64,000 bases of DNA from Fimbriosthenelais zetlandica (Eukaryota), in contig OZ365112.1 of the NCBI GenBank assembly GCA_977030845.1, forward strand, positions 16,430,001-16,494,000, written 5' to 3'. A model generated the notes under the pieces. The model searched no databases. It saw only the letters and a list, made by a program, of their open reading frames with translations, and was not told the DNA's origin. Both the position numbers and the translations under genes were made by a program. Shown one piece after another: positions 14,601 to 28,799 of this stretch. Position 1 is the stretch's first letter; the number at the start of each line of letters is the position of its first letter.

Positions 14601-15048
14601 CTCGAAGAAAGATCTTTCGCTTTGACCAAACTGATCAATAATTCATTCTTTAGTCTGAATGGTGGAAGTTCTGCATTATCTTAGATATTTTTTTAGCAAC
14701 CATTCACTAATGGTCATGTTGTTTTTTGTTAGTAAACTGGTGGAGTACCCTGTAGACATCTTTGAATCTCTTATCAATACCTTGACAGGAGAATGTAACA
14801 GTACACGCCCACCGTGACACAGACTAGTGGACTTCGATCAACACACTAAAGTGTCTCTGACCCAGCAAGCTATCAGTCAGGGAATATCTCTCTTCCTGAT
14901 TAAAAAAGGTCAAAAGATCCATGACCACGAAGAACTGTGCCACTGACAAATACTTATATACGCGATCTAAGTGAATAAATGAGTAAATTTTGACCATGAT
15001 CACATCCCGTCATTTCCTCGGAATCATTTGCCATGTTTAACTTATAAG

Positions 15049-15559
15049 TGGTAGAGCATGTTTGATCTTGAGTTCATTCAGTGGAAGTAGACAATACTAA
15101 GTTTGGTGGCACGATGCAGGCTTCAATAATTTATGTGGCGTGTATAATATATGATGAACCTATAATGATGGCGTACAACAATATCCATGACGTGAACCCA
15201 CAAACAAGGACAGTTGAGTGTGGAGGATATCCGCTCGTGGCCTTTCCCATATCATTACCATTACTCATACCCAACTCCTTTTTACCCCTACAGGGGTGTC
15301 TTGGTTGCATGCATATCATTCATCATGCCTTCATTTTTGTCCACAGTTGTTCTTGATTTCAGTGGAAATGTCTGTAGAAGAGTAGAGGAGAAGGCTGGAA
15401 GGCAAGGAAAACATGAAGTAGGTCACTACTTCCGCCTTGTGAACATGGATCTCATGCGACAGCGTTAGATCTAGCGGATCATGGCACCTCATCTAGGGCA
15501 AGGTCAAAGGTCACTTGCTTCTACTCCGACAAGGATATCCTTCTGGCACGCTCCCTACA
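15049..15559 (-). mobile_element. Possible old solo LTR
   Basis: About 510 bp starting TGTAGGGAG and ending CTCTACCA on the minus strand. Its head resembles the sequence starting TGTAGGAGG at 11422 (+). No matching TSD was found. Confidence 0.3.
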
Positions 15560-16781
15560 ACAAATATAATGTAACAACCTGCTATTTCCTTAGTATATCA
15601 TCTTCATACTAACGTGTTATCCTCTAATAAAACATCATTTTCAGATACATTTTTTCTACTTAAATCCACATTTTCTTTCTCTTTTATGTAGAATGTATTG
15701 TGTATTTAGAGGTAGGTGTATCTCTGAACTGTCCAGGCAATCACATGATATTTCCTTATGTACATGGTTTACATATCCATGTCATGTTATCGCTGTGTGA
15801 ATGCCAGTTTATTTGCTCAGCTCGCGTGTGAGAGACCCCCACTCGAGGTCAGCCCGAGGAGATAACATCAACCAAGTAGAACATAGGTGTGGCCGGCCTC
15901 TATACACCTCGACCACCCCCAGCTTTGATGTACTGCCGCCATCACCACCAGCCCTGACTCACCTGTACAGCTAGGTCAGTGCTGAGGTGGTTGCACTTCA
16001 CGTCACAAAATTTGGGAAGGAACACCAAGCCCATGATGATGACATATATGATCATTACTATTCTGATTCAAATTCTAAATAAATCAGACGCAAAAGAATG
16101 AAGGCCGGCAGAAAAAATCTACCCTTACAGATGATGTTAGAGAGGTGGTGGGAGGTCCCAGGTAACATATCGCCATGAATATCAGTATTCACAGGCTGAA
16201 AACTACATATATTGCAGACAAGGAGGACTGGCAGGTCTAACTAGTACACCACCATAACATAGCAAGACATGAGGAGAGGACAAGGAAAACATCCACAGAG
16301 AACAATGATGTGTCTGTCTCTCTCAATCCCAACCCCTACTGTCTTTAGCTTAATGCTGGGCCCTTAGCTCCCACTGTTAACATGTCTACAGGTGGGAACG
16401 TTGAGGGAGAGAAGTATGACATTATGTCACCCCACCACCAGAATACCTCCAAGGTATTAATCCCATCTTGGTTTCATGTTTTTCATGGGATTGTCCATTT
16501 TTCAGGTGTGAAACTGGAACATCTTGAATAGTGTTGTGATGACTCACAACAAGTGGAACGATCAACCAAAGGAATCAATGAAAACAACCAGAAACACAGG
16601 AAATTGGTTAAATGTCCAATGTAAATGTTTTAAAAATAATCCATTGACTTACCTTTGTCAAGTAGTACACATATAATAGTCTTCGATCGATAATTACCGT
16701 AAAGCAATTGTTGAAAGTCTCAAGAGATTACGAAAATACTTAAAGGAATTTTGCATGAGTTAAAATAGGTAATCTACTTAC

Positions 16782-16809
16782 GTGCAGAGGATGGACTGGT
16801 CTTCGCGAT
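16782..16809 (-). CDS. Non-muscle myosin II heavy chain, coding exon 3 (28-nt microexon, DREDQSILCT)
   Basis: ttccacag|ATCGCGAAGACCAGTCCATCCTCTGCAC|gtaagt. It completes (G)AT=D from exon 2 and AC(T)=T with exon 4, and encodes the invariant DREDQSILCT just before the P-loop. Confidence 0.94.
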
Positions 16810-17699
16810 CTGTGGAATGGATAAAAGAAAATTAGTCACTAAAAATTTATTTTCAATTTGTTAATATTCTTTTTAAACAGGAAGCTAAGACATAGTAACT
16901 TGGTGAGCATTTTGCTTGTACTTTCCTCTCATTTGGATAATATTGGGTAATAAAATACACAGACAATAGCAGTGCTGTGTCGTTCATCATCTTGTCACAC
17001 TTTGTCGATCTGGATCAGTGACATATACTCCACATTTTATGCCAACAATCATACTGGTTGGGTAGCAGACAATCCCTACTCTCTACAGGTGTATGCCAGG
17101 TGTTGGCGTTTAACCAGGTAAGCTTCATAGTCAAAGAAATGGGGAAGAGGAAGAGGGACTTGGCCTCCAGGAAAACAGCACCATCCAATAAGTGGGGAAG
17201 ATATACCAATAGGGAACCACTGAGGTTACACACAAGTGGTAATGTGCTACCTAGATGGGCTAAAGAGCACGAGGGATTGTCAGACTAATTAATAATACGT
17301 TTTTCCATTTCCTCTTGATATTTCACAATTGTTCATGTAAAATCTTGGGGGAAATACTCCTCTTAACCCCTTTCTACAGTGCCAATCTCACGGTTATCTA
17401 GAGCGGAAAATGTCCTTATGGCATGTCACCATGTCAATAAAATGCCCGGATAATTCATGCTAAATATGTACACAAGTTTCGTGATAGGGGATGGGCGAGC
17501 ATGGTTAACTTTACTGTCATATCATTTTGAGCAACTCTCCAGCCACCCTGAATATCTTGGTTCAGGAGCAGCTCGAATGAGATCGATAGAGGGAATCATG
17601 TCTGTGCGAAAAAAGCGTGACAAGAAATTACTAGTCACTGGCCTTTTGTGTAAGAGGCCAGAAAATCATTTCCCCTAGAGACTTCGCATTGCAATAGAG

Positions 17700-18700
17700 T
17701 ATTGACTGCTGGGAGTTTAAGCACTGGGGATGAGGAGAGGATGAGGGCTGAAGCAGTGAACTAGATTGTACACTGATCTACTGATGGGTTGGAAAACCCA
17801 GACAGCAAATCAGAGATATGATGGTAGATATGGCAGAGAGGGATTGAGGGATCTATAGCAAGAGATTGGGATGTGGTACAGGTTCCAAGCACAATAAATA
17901 TTCCTAATTAGAGTCGGGGGTGGACAGATGAGTAAACACACACGATTGATCCCTTGGTTAATTTGATCTCAGCTCAACTGGAATGAGTAATTATTGAACC
18001 AATAGAGACGCTCGTTGCACTATTTGAGTTACACTGGGAAAATTGTATATGCATAAAATTCGCTTAAAACAGGTCTATTTTAAGTCTGCTGTACATGATC
18101 TTTCGTAATACAACCAGCAAATCTCATGATCAGAGAGAGACCCACATCCAGCATCAATTCCCCTTGAAATCACCAGTTATGCCAGATAATGTAAAATAGG
18201 CTGGACAGATCACGCTCAAAGGCATGCCCCACGGAGTCTAGCAGCATGAAGCACTTTGCTATATTGGCTTCAGTAGCCTAGCCCAGCAATAATGTCATCA
18301 AGTCGGGCTGATACAGCTGGCGGGCCGAGAGCTGAGGAATCCAGATCGTGATTTATTGTTCCGTCAGCAGGTAGGACTGCTTCATACCCCGCCCAGCTTC
18401 TAACACATGGCGAAAGTTGGTAGGGGTGGATAAGATAGTGAGAAACATAGAAGAGCTCTCATCATTATCACATACGGTATACTGCAGCACGGGATGGTTC
18501 CAGCCTCGTGTAACATGAAGAAAAAACTTGATTCATGCTCGCAAAGATTTTTCTTGAATTTCTTAAATCATCCTTTAGGGAAAAGCTCGTAATTCACTTG
18601 CTTTCGTTAAGTATTTCCTTGATAGTAGCATACCTCATCTGGAAGTATTTCAGGTGGAGAGTTGAGTAAACCTGGCGCCAGGTATCAGAGCCATGAGGCA
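17700..18700 (-). mobile_element. Degenerate L2-type LINE, RT C-terminus and 3' part
   Basis: Minus-strand fragments CFKRILCI...LVQ*LLI and CYRSLNPSLPYLPSYL..FQPISRS resemble the L2 segments LRRISRIR...LVQALI and CYRSL..LAPSYL..YQPSRSL. By eye only; boundaries approximate. Confidence 0.6.
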
Positions 18701-19499
18701 AGTAGAAGGTGCACGATCAAACGAAGCTGTCAGATTAAAACTCTCATTTCTAAGTGTAATGTATTCAAAACGGAAACCATCAAGGTTCTAGAAACTAGAC
18801 TATATATCATGCAGTAAAGATGGCCAGGCATCTCAGATTTTTCTTCCAGGTTCTGGTAGCTAGTGTATATATGTCCCATCCTACCGTCTCCTCCATCATT
18901 TGGATCAATAGCTCAATACTCATTGAGATCTAATGGCTAACAGATCCTCTGGGCTGTAACGCAACAGAACTGGCTGTTGGGTAGAAACAGAAGTGTAGGA
19001 GATTTGATCAATTCCTTGTGCTGTGGGGCATATATACAGAACAGATTGAATACTATGAAGCACACGGAAGAGCCTAAAGGGCCTGGGGTGGTCTTATGAA
19101 TCAAGAAGGTAGTGTGAGAATACTTTATCAGATTTGTTGGGCAAGAATATATAGAGAATTCTGGTAGAAGTTTTGAAAGGTTTTTGGTGTTTAAACCAGT
19201 TCATACCCATGAGGCATACAAGAGAGTAACATAGAATGACATTCATATCTTGTGATATTCAAGGTATAACTGATACATAAAATGATGGAATCCAGAGCAC
19301 AAGTCTTAGGATGATGAATGTAATTCAATGTATGGAATCTATGTGGTGCTCTAAGGGAAGCAATGGGAGGTGATCTGGAGGGGTAGGAGCATCATCTAAG
19401 GGTCATGTAGAGAGGATGGGGTGTGTTGGTGTACAGACGACGCCCCTAGATTACAGTATACCTCCATGATTGGCATGATCTACAGCTAATGTTGCTAGG

Positions 19500-22480
19500 T
19501 GTTTCTATCGACACAGTTTTCCCGGGGCCCAGCTTGCCTTTTAGTGGCACTAAATCTTGTCCGTATCAATCACTGGGTGGGAATCCCCATAGGCTATCAT
19601 GACAAGAGCGTGATGGATTTTACACTACTGGGGAATAATGTTGGCATATCTAATCCCATTTGTGCCACCATCATGTATACTCGTTAAAATCACTGAATAT
19701 GAGAAAGACAGTAAGAAAATTCAGGCTCTCAAACGATATCATCAGAATAAAATTTCTAAGATGTGTGAAAAATAGTCAGCCAAGATGATAAAATGGGACA
19801 TGACAGACTGTCTAAAGGGTAATATGGTTGCCTGTTACTTTCAAAGGCCAAAATCAGGGTGCTACTTTTACTCATGTCAAGAACACTGGGTCAAGCAAGG
19901 ATATGGTTGATATGTCACACCCGGACAGTCACATTCAAAGAACTGTTTTGTGTGCTTCTCTACAAAGACTCACTTTTCAAAACAAGTGGTCACACATGAC
20001 AGGTTCCGCCACCATAAGGGCAGCCCTGGAAGGCTCCTATAGGGGCTCATAGTGATTTATGAAGGAATTAAGAGAAGGTAAGAAGGGAACGTCTACCTCA
20101 ATGAAAGCTACATTTTAAGTAAGGGAAGGTTCACCCATTCAAAATATCCATTAGTGAAAAACGACCCCTGAAGATGACTGACTATATTTAGTCATTGTTC
20201 AGGTCATACCCTGGTATTTGTCATGGGAACAATTTAATCTCTTCCTGAACTTTCAAGGCCATTAAAACACATGAGCTGTTTCTATCATCCTGTTAGTAGC
20301 TGAGTTTAAACATAGGAATGTTCTGAATCTCGTGCAACTTCCGAAGATATGGAGATAGGCCAATCCACGTCAGGTATGGTCATGATACCATGTCTGTAGT
20401 CTAGCAAAGCTGTGGTTTTCAAACATAACCCAGACATATCAACATTGACATTTTTGTGGTTTAAACAGCAGCAAGGCTTTAGGTGCTCCCCCAGTAATTT
20501 CCCATACACGGTTAATGGTTCGTAACATCGCAGTAAATATAATGCTGGACAATAAACCACTCAAGGAGTTTGGAAAAGAGGCAAATTTCTGGCATTCCTT
20601 ATAGCGAGACATCCTTAACAAGAACCTTACGCAAAGGTGATCTTCTCAAACTGATTTAAACTTTCAATATCTGATAAACTGAACCAAACAGACAACATTC
20701 AATTCTCTTGCATTGTAATTTGATATAATTAGTCAATATATCACGTATCACTAACGTACATGCATTCCTGGAATTCTGATTAATACGATCAAGTTGGGGT
20801 GAAGTAGGAGGCTATGACCTCAGAGGACCGCATCTTCTCCCCATATATGGCATAAATCTGGGGTGCCTGGGCTGGGTGACTTATGCTTTTTAGTCAGGGG
20901 AACTGAGGCTATAGGGGTCATTCAAAAGTAATCCGGACGTATATTCAAATATCGACTGGCTGACTGATTAATCAGAGAAGTAGGCAGGTGTGAAGCATGT
21001 GTCCTGTTTAGTGTTATATATACGGGACGGACTTTAAGTACTACAATACCAGAGGAGGCCACATTTGTAGTTAATCTACATGTTTACATCTCCTCCGTGC
21101 TGCTGCAGCAGTACTTTACTGTCTGTAGTAAGCCCGGGCATGTTAAAGCCGTCAGCTTGGTAATAAATAAGTCAGGGGTGTGCGGGATTAGCAGATGCAT
21201 CTCGCTTTTATTGGGTTGATATATCGAAGATCAAAGCCCTGCCAGATCAAGTCACTGCTAATAGAGCGATAAAAATAAATATGAGAAATCAGATCTGACG
21301 ATATATGTGGCCAGGGTCACAGCTCACATTGGTAGGAATGGATGATCTATATCATTTCTTTCTTCAAAGAAAGAATTTCTAGAAAATATACCTTGTATCA
21401 GACTGACTAATACCAGAAAGCTTTCAACCCTGGAGGAAAGGAGAACATGTGGTAAAAGCGCGGGAAACATGCTGTCATGGACGGTGGTGATATTGAATCT
21501 GGGCGGGGCACAGGAAACCACGACCTTGTAATCCTCCACCCCCGCCTCTCTCTCCATCCTCCACACATAAGATTCAGGAGGAATAGGTGGTATGTATAAA
21601 AAGTCAAGTGTTGTGCTACACTTATCTCAGGTCCAAACAAATCACACTGACCCCCATCTGATAATTCCCTGGGCTGGACATCGGGGACCATCCTAGCTTG
21701 GACATATTCATTAGACATGTTAACTATTAACTTAACCAGAACACAAATTTTACAAATTTATAGTAGTTGAGGGGTGAAGACATAGGCAGCATCCAGGGAT
21801 TAGGGTGAAGGTATACAACCGTAAAGGCCTCACACGATCACGTGTATCTTATTTTCTGGGTCTCTGACTGCACCTCCTGGGCCTTCTTGACAGGCTGGCC
21901 TCTCCTGCCGTTAGTAATACATGTCACGTCGGTCAGTGACAACATGTGGGCCTGTCTAGAAGCATCTCTATAGGCTCCTGATAACATTCAGATAACCGAG
22001 ATACCAACACTCGCCACAGTCGGATACAAATGTCAGGACTCATCCAAGCATTGGCAAATATATGGCATTTAATATAACGCCTAGAAATGCTATCAATCTT
22101 CAATATAGAGATGATGTCCATACCACTAAAATAACCAGAAGTCTCTGGTACAGAATCTGAACAGTGGTTTATAATACCAGCATAGGCCCTGGATTTAAAG
22201 GGCCACTATGGCCATTCCACATTTACCAATGCAATTGCATATAATTTTAGGTTAAGCCCAGCTTGTGTCTAACTTAGTACGTACATAAACTGTTTTGTTA
22301 AAATACTTTCTCTAGAACTTCATCTAGATCCAATAGAGAGCAGCTCGTTAATTGCTCCTAATATAACTGACTTCTCGTTTGTTCCTCCAGTATGGTGATC
22401 TTAAGTCACCAGGCAATCATCCTCGACTCTATTCGAATCGACTAGCAGTGGTTCCAAAGCCTATCAGAGCTAGTTTCCCT
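19500..22480 (-). mobile_element. Scrambled Gypsy/Ty3 pol fragments (protease, RT, integrase-like pieces)
   Basis: ORF 20306..20560 ends in LKTTALLDYRHGIMTI (retropepsin C-terminus-like). About 22150-22210 reads IQGLCWYYKPLF (cf. FLGL.GYYRRFI). About 19500-19680 is integrase zinc-finger-like. The order is not collinear, so these are probably several insertions or deletions. Confidence 0.42.
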
Positions 22481-25400
22481 GGTAGATAGATGGGCATGGG
22501 GTGTCAGAGAAAGGGATGTGATGGGGGACCAGACCTAACATCTTATCACTGACTCCTGCCAAAATAAATATGGGACTTATCCTGGTGGACTCTGATCAGT
22601 GGGTCCGCCTGGCAACTGGTACCATTGTAATACTCTGGTGTGTGAATACAGCCATGCTGCACATACAAACATTCATTTTCATGTATACACACATTGGCAT
22701 GCACAGTCATATACAGTATCTCTATGGCTTTATTCTAAGATAGCCTTTCCATATTGATTTATCTCCTTTAAACCATAAAATTTAGAGGTTCAAGGGGTGG
22801 TTTATATGACAGAGGGCATGGTGATGATAAAATGTGTTTTGTTAGTGATTTGGTTAATATGTCATTGGATAGCTTTCTACCACAGCTGTCTTCAACCTGC
22901 CAGTGTACCGAGACAATATTGTTCTACATAGGTAGGAACAGATAGTACTCAACAAGTCAAACAAATTGTCTCGGCTGGCTATTTTCTACAGGTGTTAGCG
23001 TCAGACAACATTCTTTGCATTATATTGATTCATATCCGAGGTGACATTCCTCTCCTCCACTCCCATACAATATAGGCCACCACGCCAATAATTATTTCAT
23101 TCATTAGAGAATGAACTAACACCACTTAATGGCAGTGAACCAATGACATACTTCTCCATTGTCGTGACTATTATGGGTCCTCACAATATTTTTCTACCAT
23201 AAATATTATCAAGAGTTCACCAGACTTGATTCTGACAAGTACCTGTTATAACACTGTTCATATCAATTTTAGAAACATAATTTCTCATTTTTTCTCAACT
23301 CCAGACTCTCCTCAATCATAATGTCCTAGTGTAGAGCGGAAGCAAATGGATCCCGCCACATACCGGCGTTCCACATCAAGCCATATAAGGACATAGAGCT
23401 GAGATGACGTCACATCTGAGGTAGTTCCGCTCCAGTTCAGACCCTTGTCCCTCTCTTCCCTCCCACCCCTTCCTTCCCCACCATAAAGGATATATGTAAA
23501 GGACAGTGACAAATACAGTGTTCTGGGAATGGTGACAGGTGAGTGGGGTTGAGTTCTTCAGTGAATGAATTCTAAGATGGTAAATAACCCCAGGACCATC
23601 TACTGCCCTATGATTATGGCCATACAGATTTATCTTACTTTACCAAAGAGCTGAAGCCCTTTAGTGATTAATCATAATTTCATTGATACATTATGGAAAA
23701 TCTTTTGTCATTATGTAAACCCACATGTATTCAAAATAGCACGAGACCTAGAGGTTCTATCAAAATTTATGTATAGATACTAAAACTCTCCCATAATATA
23801 TGTCAGAGGAGAAAACTTACACTGATAAATGATGGAAACTGAGGTGCTAAGGAGAGAGTAAAGAAGGGTAAATCTCATAAGTGTATAAACGCAAGATTTT
23901 GGTCATGGGACACGGAGTTGCTAAACAGATCCTGAAGGGATGTACCATTGCACACAGCATCTGATGACCTATTTGGCAGCAAGGTCAAGCCCTGGATTTA
24001 CAGCTATCATCTCAGCTTTATGGCGCCATAAATCTATAGATATATTCCACACAAGTGGTTGTTTATCATACACAGATGTGGCAGCCAAATCGATGCTTCT
24101 CATCTCCTATTTAAGATGATCCACTTCAAAATTGATTCTAAATATTTATACCTTGCTCAGAAATTCAACAACCAAATCTAAAGCACTTCTAAAGTTTCTT
24201 TTTTCCCCAAGGGCATGTATTCAAATTAATACAATTGGGAACACAACTTTAGAAGTACATATTTTGATATGACAGCAAGTTTTATAGGCTAATTTCCCAG
24301 GCATCAGAGAGACATCCTGGGCGGGATTTGGGAGCTGGAAGGAGTACAGGTAGATTGTATCTTTATCCCACGACATCGATCACCCAGGCCTCTCCTCTCC
24401 CTTCTTCATACGTCTGGTTTTGAGGGGGGTGTATTCTGGTCGGATGCGATACAGCACTGATCTGCATAAATAGCAGCTCTCTCACCTCCTACCAAGTGTG
24501 AGCACAGTGAGAGAGAGCCAGAGATAACGTCCCTACAGAGCTAGCGAATAGAGGGATATATCTCCTCAGGAGTCCTGTACCACTCATTCAGTATATTATA
24601 CATCTATACAGAGGTGTATACTGAAACAGCTGAAGGCTGGGGGCATGCTGGGACACTCCAATCTATTTAGCTTTCATTTAATGGATTCACAGGTGGGCTG
24701 GACTGAATGGCATTGATTGTTTCAATGGCATGAGCAATTGAGAGAATGAACCTTGGGACAGTTCTTTCAATCATTCTCATTAATTTCAATTCTTTTATAA
24801 ATAAAGAAATTATGAAGGTTAGGAAACGGGATATATAATAATTGCCTGGATGTAATGCTAAGAGTCATGTCCCTGTCGTGCAGGGTGATTGACATGATGT
24901 CTGTTTCCTCATCACCGATTCAGACAGGTCATCTAAATATACCCGCCATTTGGTGACCTATGAATAATACACATCAGAGCCGACCCTCAGATTCACCAAA
25001 TAAAACATGCAAATTCCATCCAGGTCGCCAGGCAGACGTGAAAGCTGGGCTGCTGGGTTCAGGTGAAGCATGCCAGAAGTAATGGGCAGGGGGAGGATTA
25101 GAGGGGTAAAGGGGGAAGGGAGAGGGGGAAATAGAGAGAAGGAGGGTTAATCTCATCTACACTAGGGGGCCAGACACTGACAATAGAGCAGCATGACTCA
25201 ACACTTGAAGCTCAGTCATCAGCCCACAGAGCAGCTCTACAGCCTAGAGCCACTCTCACATCCTCCATACCTTTTGTTTCAAATCACCTCAGTGTTTACT
25301 TTAGTCTAAAGCTTTACCCACTTATGACTGTTCAGCTATTGATCCATGACAGCCAAAAGATTTACACATAAAGGATGACCTGTTAGGATCAATATGTTGT

Positions 25401-28049
25401 CTCCTAGTACCTAGACTATCTAGATGATGAGGCCTGTCAGTCTGACCTGATTATTATTAATATCTACCTCTAAGCTTTATGAGTCATCCATGAAGAAGCC
25501 CAACATGTGAGTTCAACATTTTCGAGTAACAACAGGTGCTTAACATGAGCAACAGCCATCTGTTCGAAGCGGTTAATATAGTGGAATGGCATAATTTTCT
25601 TCACCAAAATGAATTCTGGTATTTGTCTTAAAAGCAGATGCCATGCTTTGGAGAATATATTCTAGACTCAGGTAGGCTATCTAACCTGAATGATTGATGG
25701 GCCATATTTCTTTGTGGTTGGTGGAATCAACACACCACTTATAGGGTATGAACTTCTCTTATACAAGAGAAGGGGAGTCTGGCTCCAACGGTATTCACTC
25801 AAAAACAGGATCCAAATATTAGTTGCTAAATTGTTGACATCTGCTGCTAGCATCATTTCACAAACGTCTCATGCTGTCATAATCAAGGCTGAATCTGTCT
25901 GTACCTCTGCCAAGCATCACACACGGAACCACCGAGTGTATCAAGGCAAAAGCAGATTACTATTTCTAGGCAAACCTGACTCCATGAAAACCTAGACATT
26001 CAACAAACCCAGAATGTGTGACATCTCCAGCTGGCCATTCTTACCGTGCTTTCCCGCCTATCTCCACCCCCAGACTACACACAGGCCTGAGGTGCACATG
26101 TACCTCTTACTTTTCTCCACCATTTTTTAACCTGCCATTTGTTTATTTACCGTTGTGGGACAGTTATTGTTAGGTTTCTGGTGTCGTCAGATTCCACGTA
26201 ATGAGCTGCCGAGGTCTTGGCTCGGTATGCTTGGTATATATCTATTAGCCTTCTCCTAAATGTATGTTAGCACATGTGCTTACAATCTGTGACGCAATCC
26301 CCACAAGCTAAAACATACTTTCCTTGCAGAAAATACTGCAGATATTTTTCAACTAATACTGGTGAAATGGAGCAAAAAGCCCCTAATTTAAGTAATGCAT
26401 TGTTAAAAGCAAAATTGAGGCCCCAGAAAATATAAAGATCACCAGAAATAATAAGACGACTTTGGATCACCTTGAGGTCAGTGATTGGTGACCTTTGATT
26501 GGTCATAGTTATCAGCAGCACAGAAAACATCACTTCCTGGTGCGATTTTTTAAAACATGGCGGCCGTCAGATTTAAGTTTATTGTGCAGGGTTTTCTTCA
26601 TAATGTCTCTTAGGATAGTGCATATAGGCATCAAAATTTTAACAGGGGACAGACAGTTCTGATGTCGGTCGGGCTGTCTACAAATAAAGACCCACTTAAT
26701 GTAAGTGTTCCACATCCCTTTAATAGTTTTGTCCCATATACTTTCTTAATATATATATGGAAGCTACATCCATATTTACCGAGATAACAAGCCGACAGGT
26801 TGTAATTTCAATACAGGGCCTTTCTGTGGCCACACTTAGTTGGGTTCATGATATGAGTGACTTTAGAGAAACTGGTGTGAGCAAGCTGACGTCTTGACCC
26901 CGATGTCACCTTGGAAACCGGGCCGTCTCTCTCGTCTCCACCGTTATAGTGCCCGGTATCTGTGACCCAGTATTGGTAGCAAACTTTCTCCTCCTCCTCT
27001 ACAACATATACACATTTCTCTACTTCACGTCCATACCTCTTCCTTCTCACACATGCCCTCTACCTCAACAAATATAACCTCAAAATTCTGTCCCAATTAT
27101 TTTAAAAGTTCTTCCTCAATGTTCAAAACATAGGTTGGATCAATACCAAAGATGAAACTATAAGAATATCTAGAACACGGTGGCCTTCCTCTTCATACTT
27201 CCTTATCCACAAGATAACACACCTCATGATACATAAGATATCATAAACACACCCTTCCATGATAACCACATATGTTCTCCATCTTGCAAAACACATTTTT
27301 CACACCTCCGCCTTAAAAACCTAACAGGAAATGGAGAACCGGATTCCCATAAAATCATGAAAGGCGATTGTCATATATTCAGAGAAAATAGCCTCGATCT
27401 ATTTCAACATTGGTGAATTGATAACCAACAATCTAAAGACAGCTTCGGTGTCTTTCATGGCTTTCTTTCATTCATTCTAAGGGACTTTGGCCACCAGCCC
27501 AAGGCACCGGTAACACATTTACCTTAAAGTCAGGAGAGAGGAGCAAAAAAAGAACATTAGAGGCAGTAAAAGATCTGCATTATTCCTCATGTCTGTAGAA
27601 TGCATTATCATGAATAAAGACCTCAGCGGATGGTCTTTGACACATTCAAGCCCGATTCAAAGGAACCGACTACTGTTCATGGTTGCCTTAGGAAAATGAG
27701 GTTATTTTTTACTGGGCTTTTTCATGCAGTGACAACAGAAAATGGGCATTTATGGGAAGTTTTGAGGAAGGTTTAGTGGGGCAGTAAGACTGGCCTAGTT
27801 ACACAGGTATATTTCTTCCACACCACACATGTGAACTCCACATGCAAAATCAACAAGTGGCGAGAGGTCAGTATAGAGAAAACTGTACTCCCAGTACTAG
27901 AGACGGAGAGTGAATCTCACAAACAACATAGGGAAAGTTTCTAATGGGCCTAATAAGACAGCTCCAGTCAAAATACGTCCATCATCCTCTAGTTTCACAA
28001 ACTCTCCAGTACAAAACATAGGACCTGATGGCAACCCAGTCGACCTCAA

Positions 28050-28650
28050 ACTCATTATGAATCACCTACAGTTTCACCACACAATGAGCTACAAAGTCCC
28101 CTACTAACAGATTATGATCAAGTAGAACCTGTGCTCATAATATCCATAATATACCGAACCAGCTACATTGTATTAATGTAACAATATTATAGACCAGTTG
28201 ATTGAATATCATTATGACAAGGTAATTTATTATGCACCTCCAGTCCTGAAGCTAATCTAATAGAGCGCCAATAACTAGATAAATCATATTATATTAACAT
28301 ACAAACAGTCCATGTTCTTTGCCAACAATGACACTCATGTATTACAGTGCACCATTTTCCCCCTGCTAACTTGCTATAAAATTCCACATATCAAAGGCAT
28401 GCAGAAACATCTAAACTATGTTTCCACAATGCTTAAAAGCCAAGATACGAAAGCACTACTTCAAATGTCCAAGGAGGAGAATAATTAGTAGTGACAACCC
28501 TCCATCCATCTACACATATGTTGAGCATTAAATCCCTGATAGGACTGAATGGCATTCACATTTATCAGGCCATGAAACGCGCAATGAAAACCAAAGAGCT
28601 GGACAAATTGTCCACAGCCCAGGTGGAACCCCTTGTTGGTGATTGAAAGG
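28050..28650 (+). mobile_element. Penelope-like RT remnant
   Basis: Plus-strand fragments CYKIPHIKGM (cf. LYTNIPH.EG) and GLNGIHIYQAMKRAMKTK (cf. FNGEHYLQ..GTAMGTK). By eye only. Confidence 0.4.
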
Positions 28651-28799
28651 TAACAGAAAACGGGTAAGACCCCTACTGAGACTTCATGTATAGGTATTTT
28701 TCACAGCTGACATGTAAAGGTATGTATACCCCTTATAATAAGCGGATCATGTGAGCTTTTATTGAAGGTCAATTAGACTAATGACTACAGTCTCTCTTG

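Noticed and set aside
23880-24110. Possible Academ-like transposase fragment on the + strand (...SIDIFHTSGCLSYTDV)
   Set aside because: A single weak motif with no supporting termini; it needs an HMM search.
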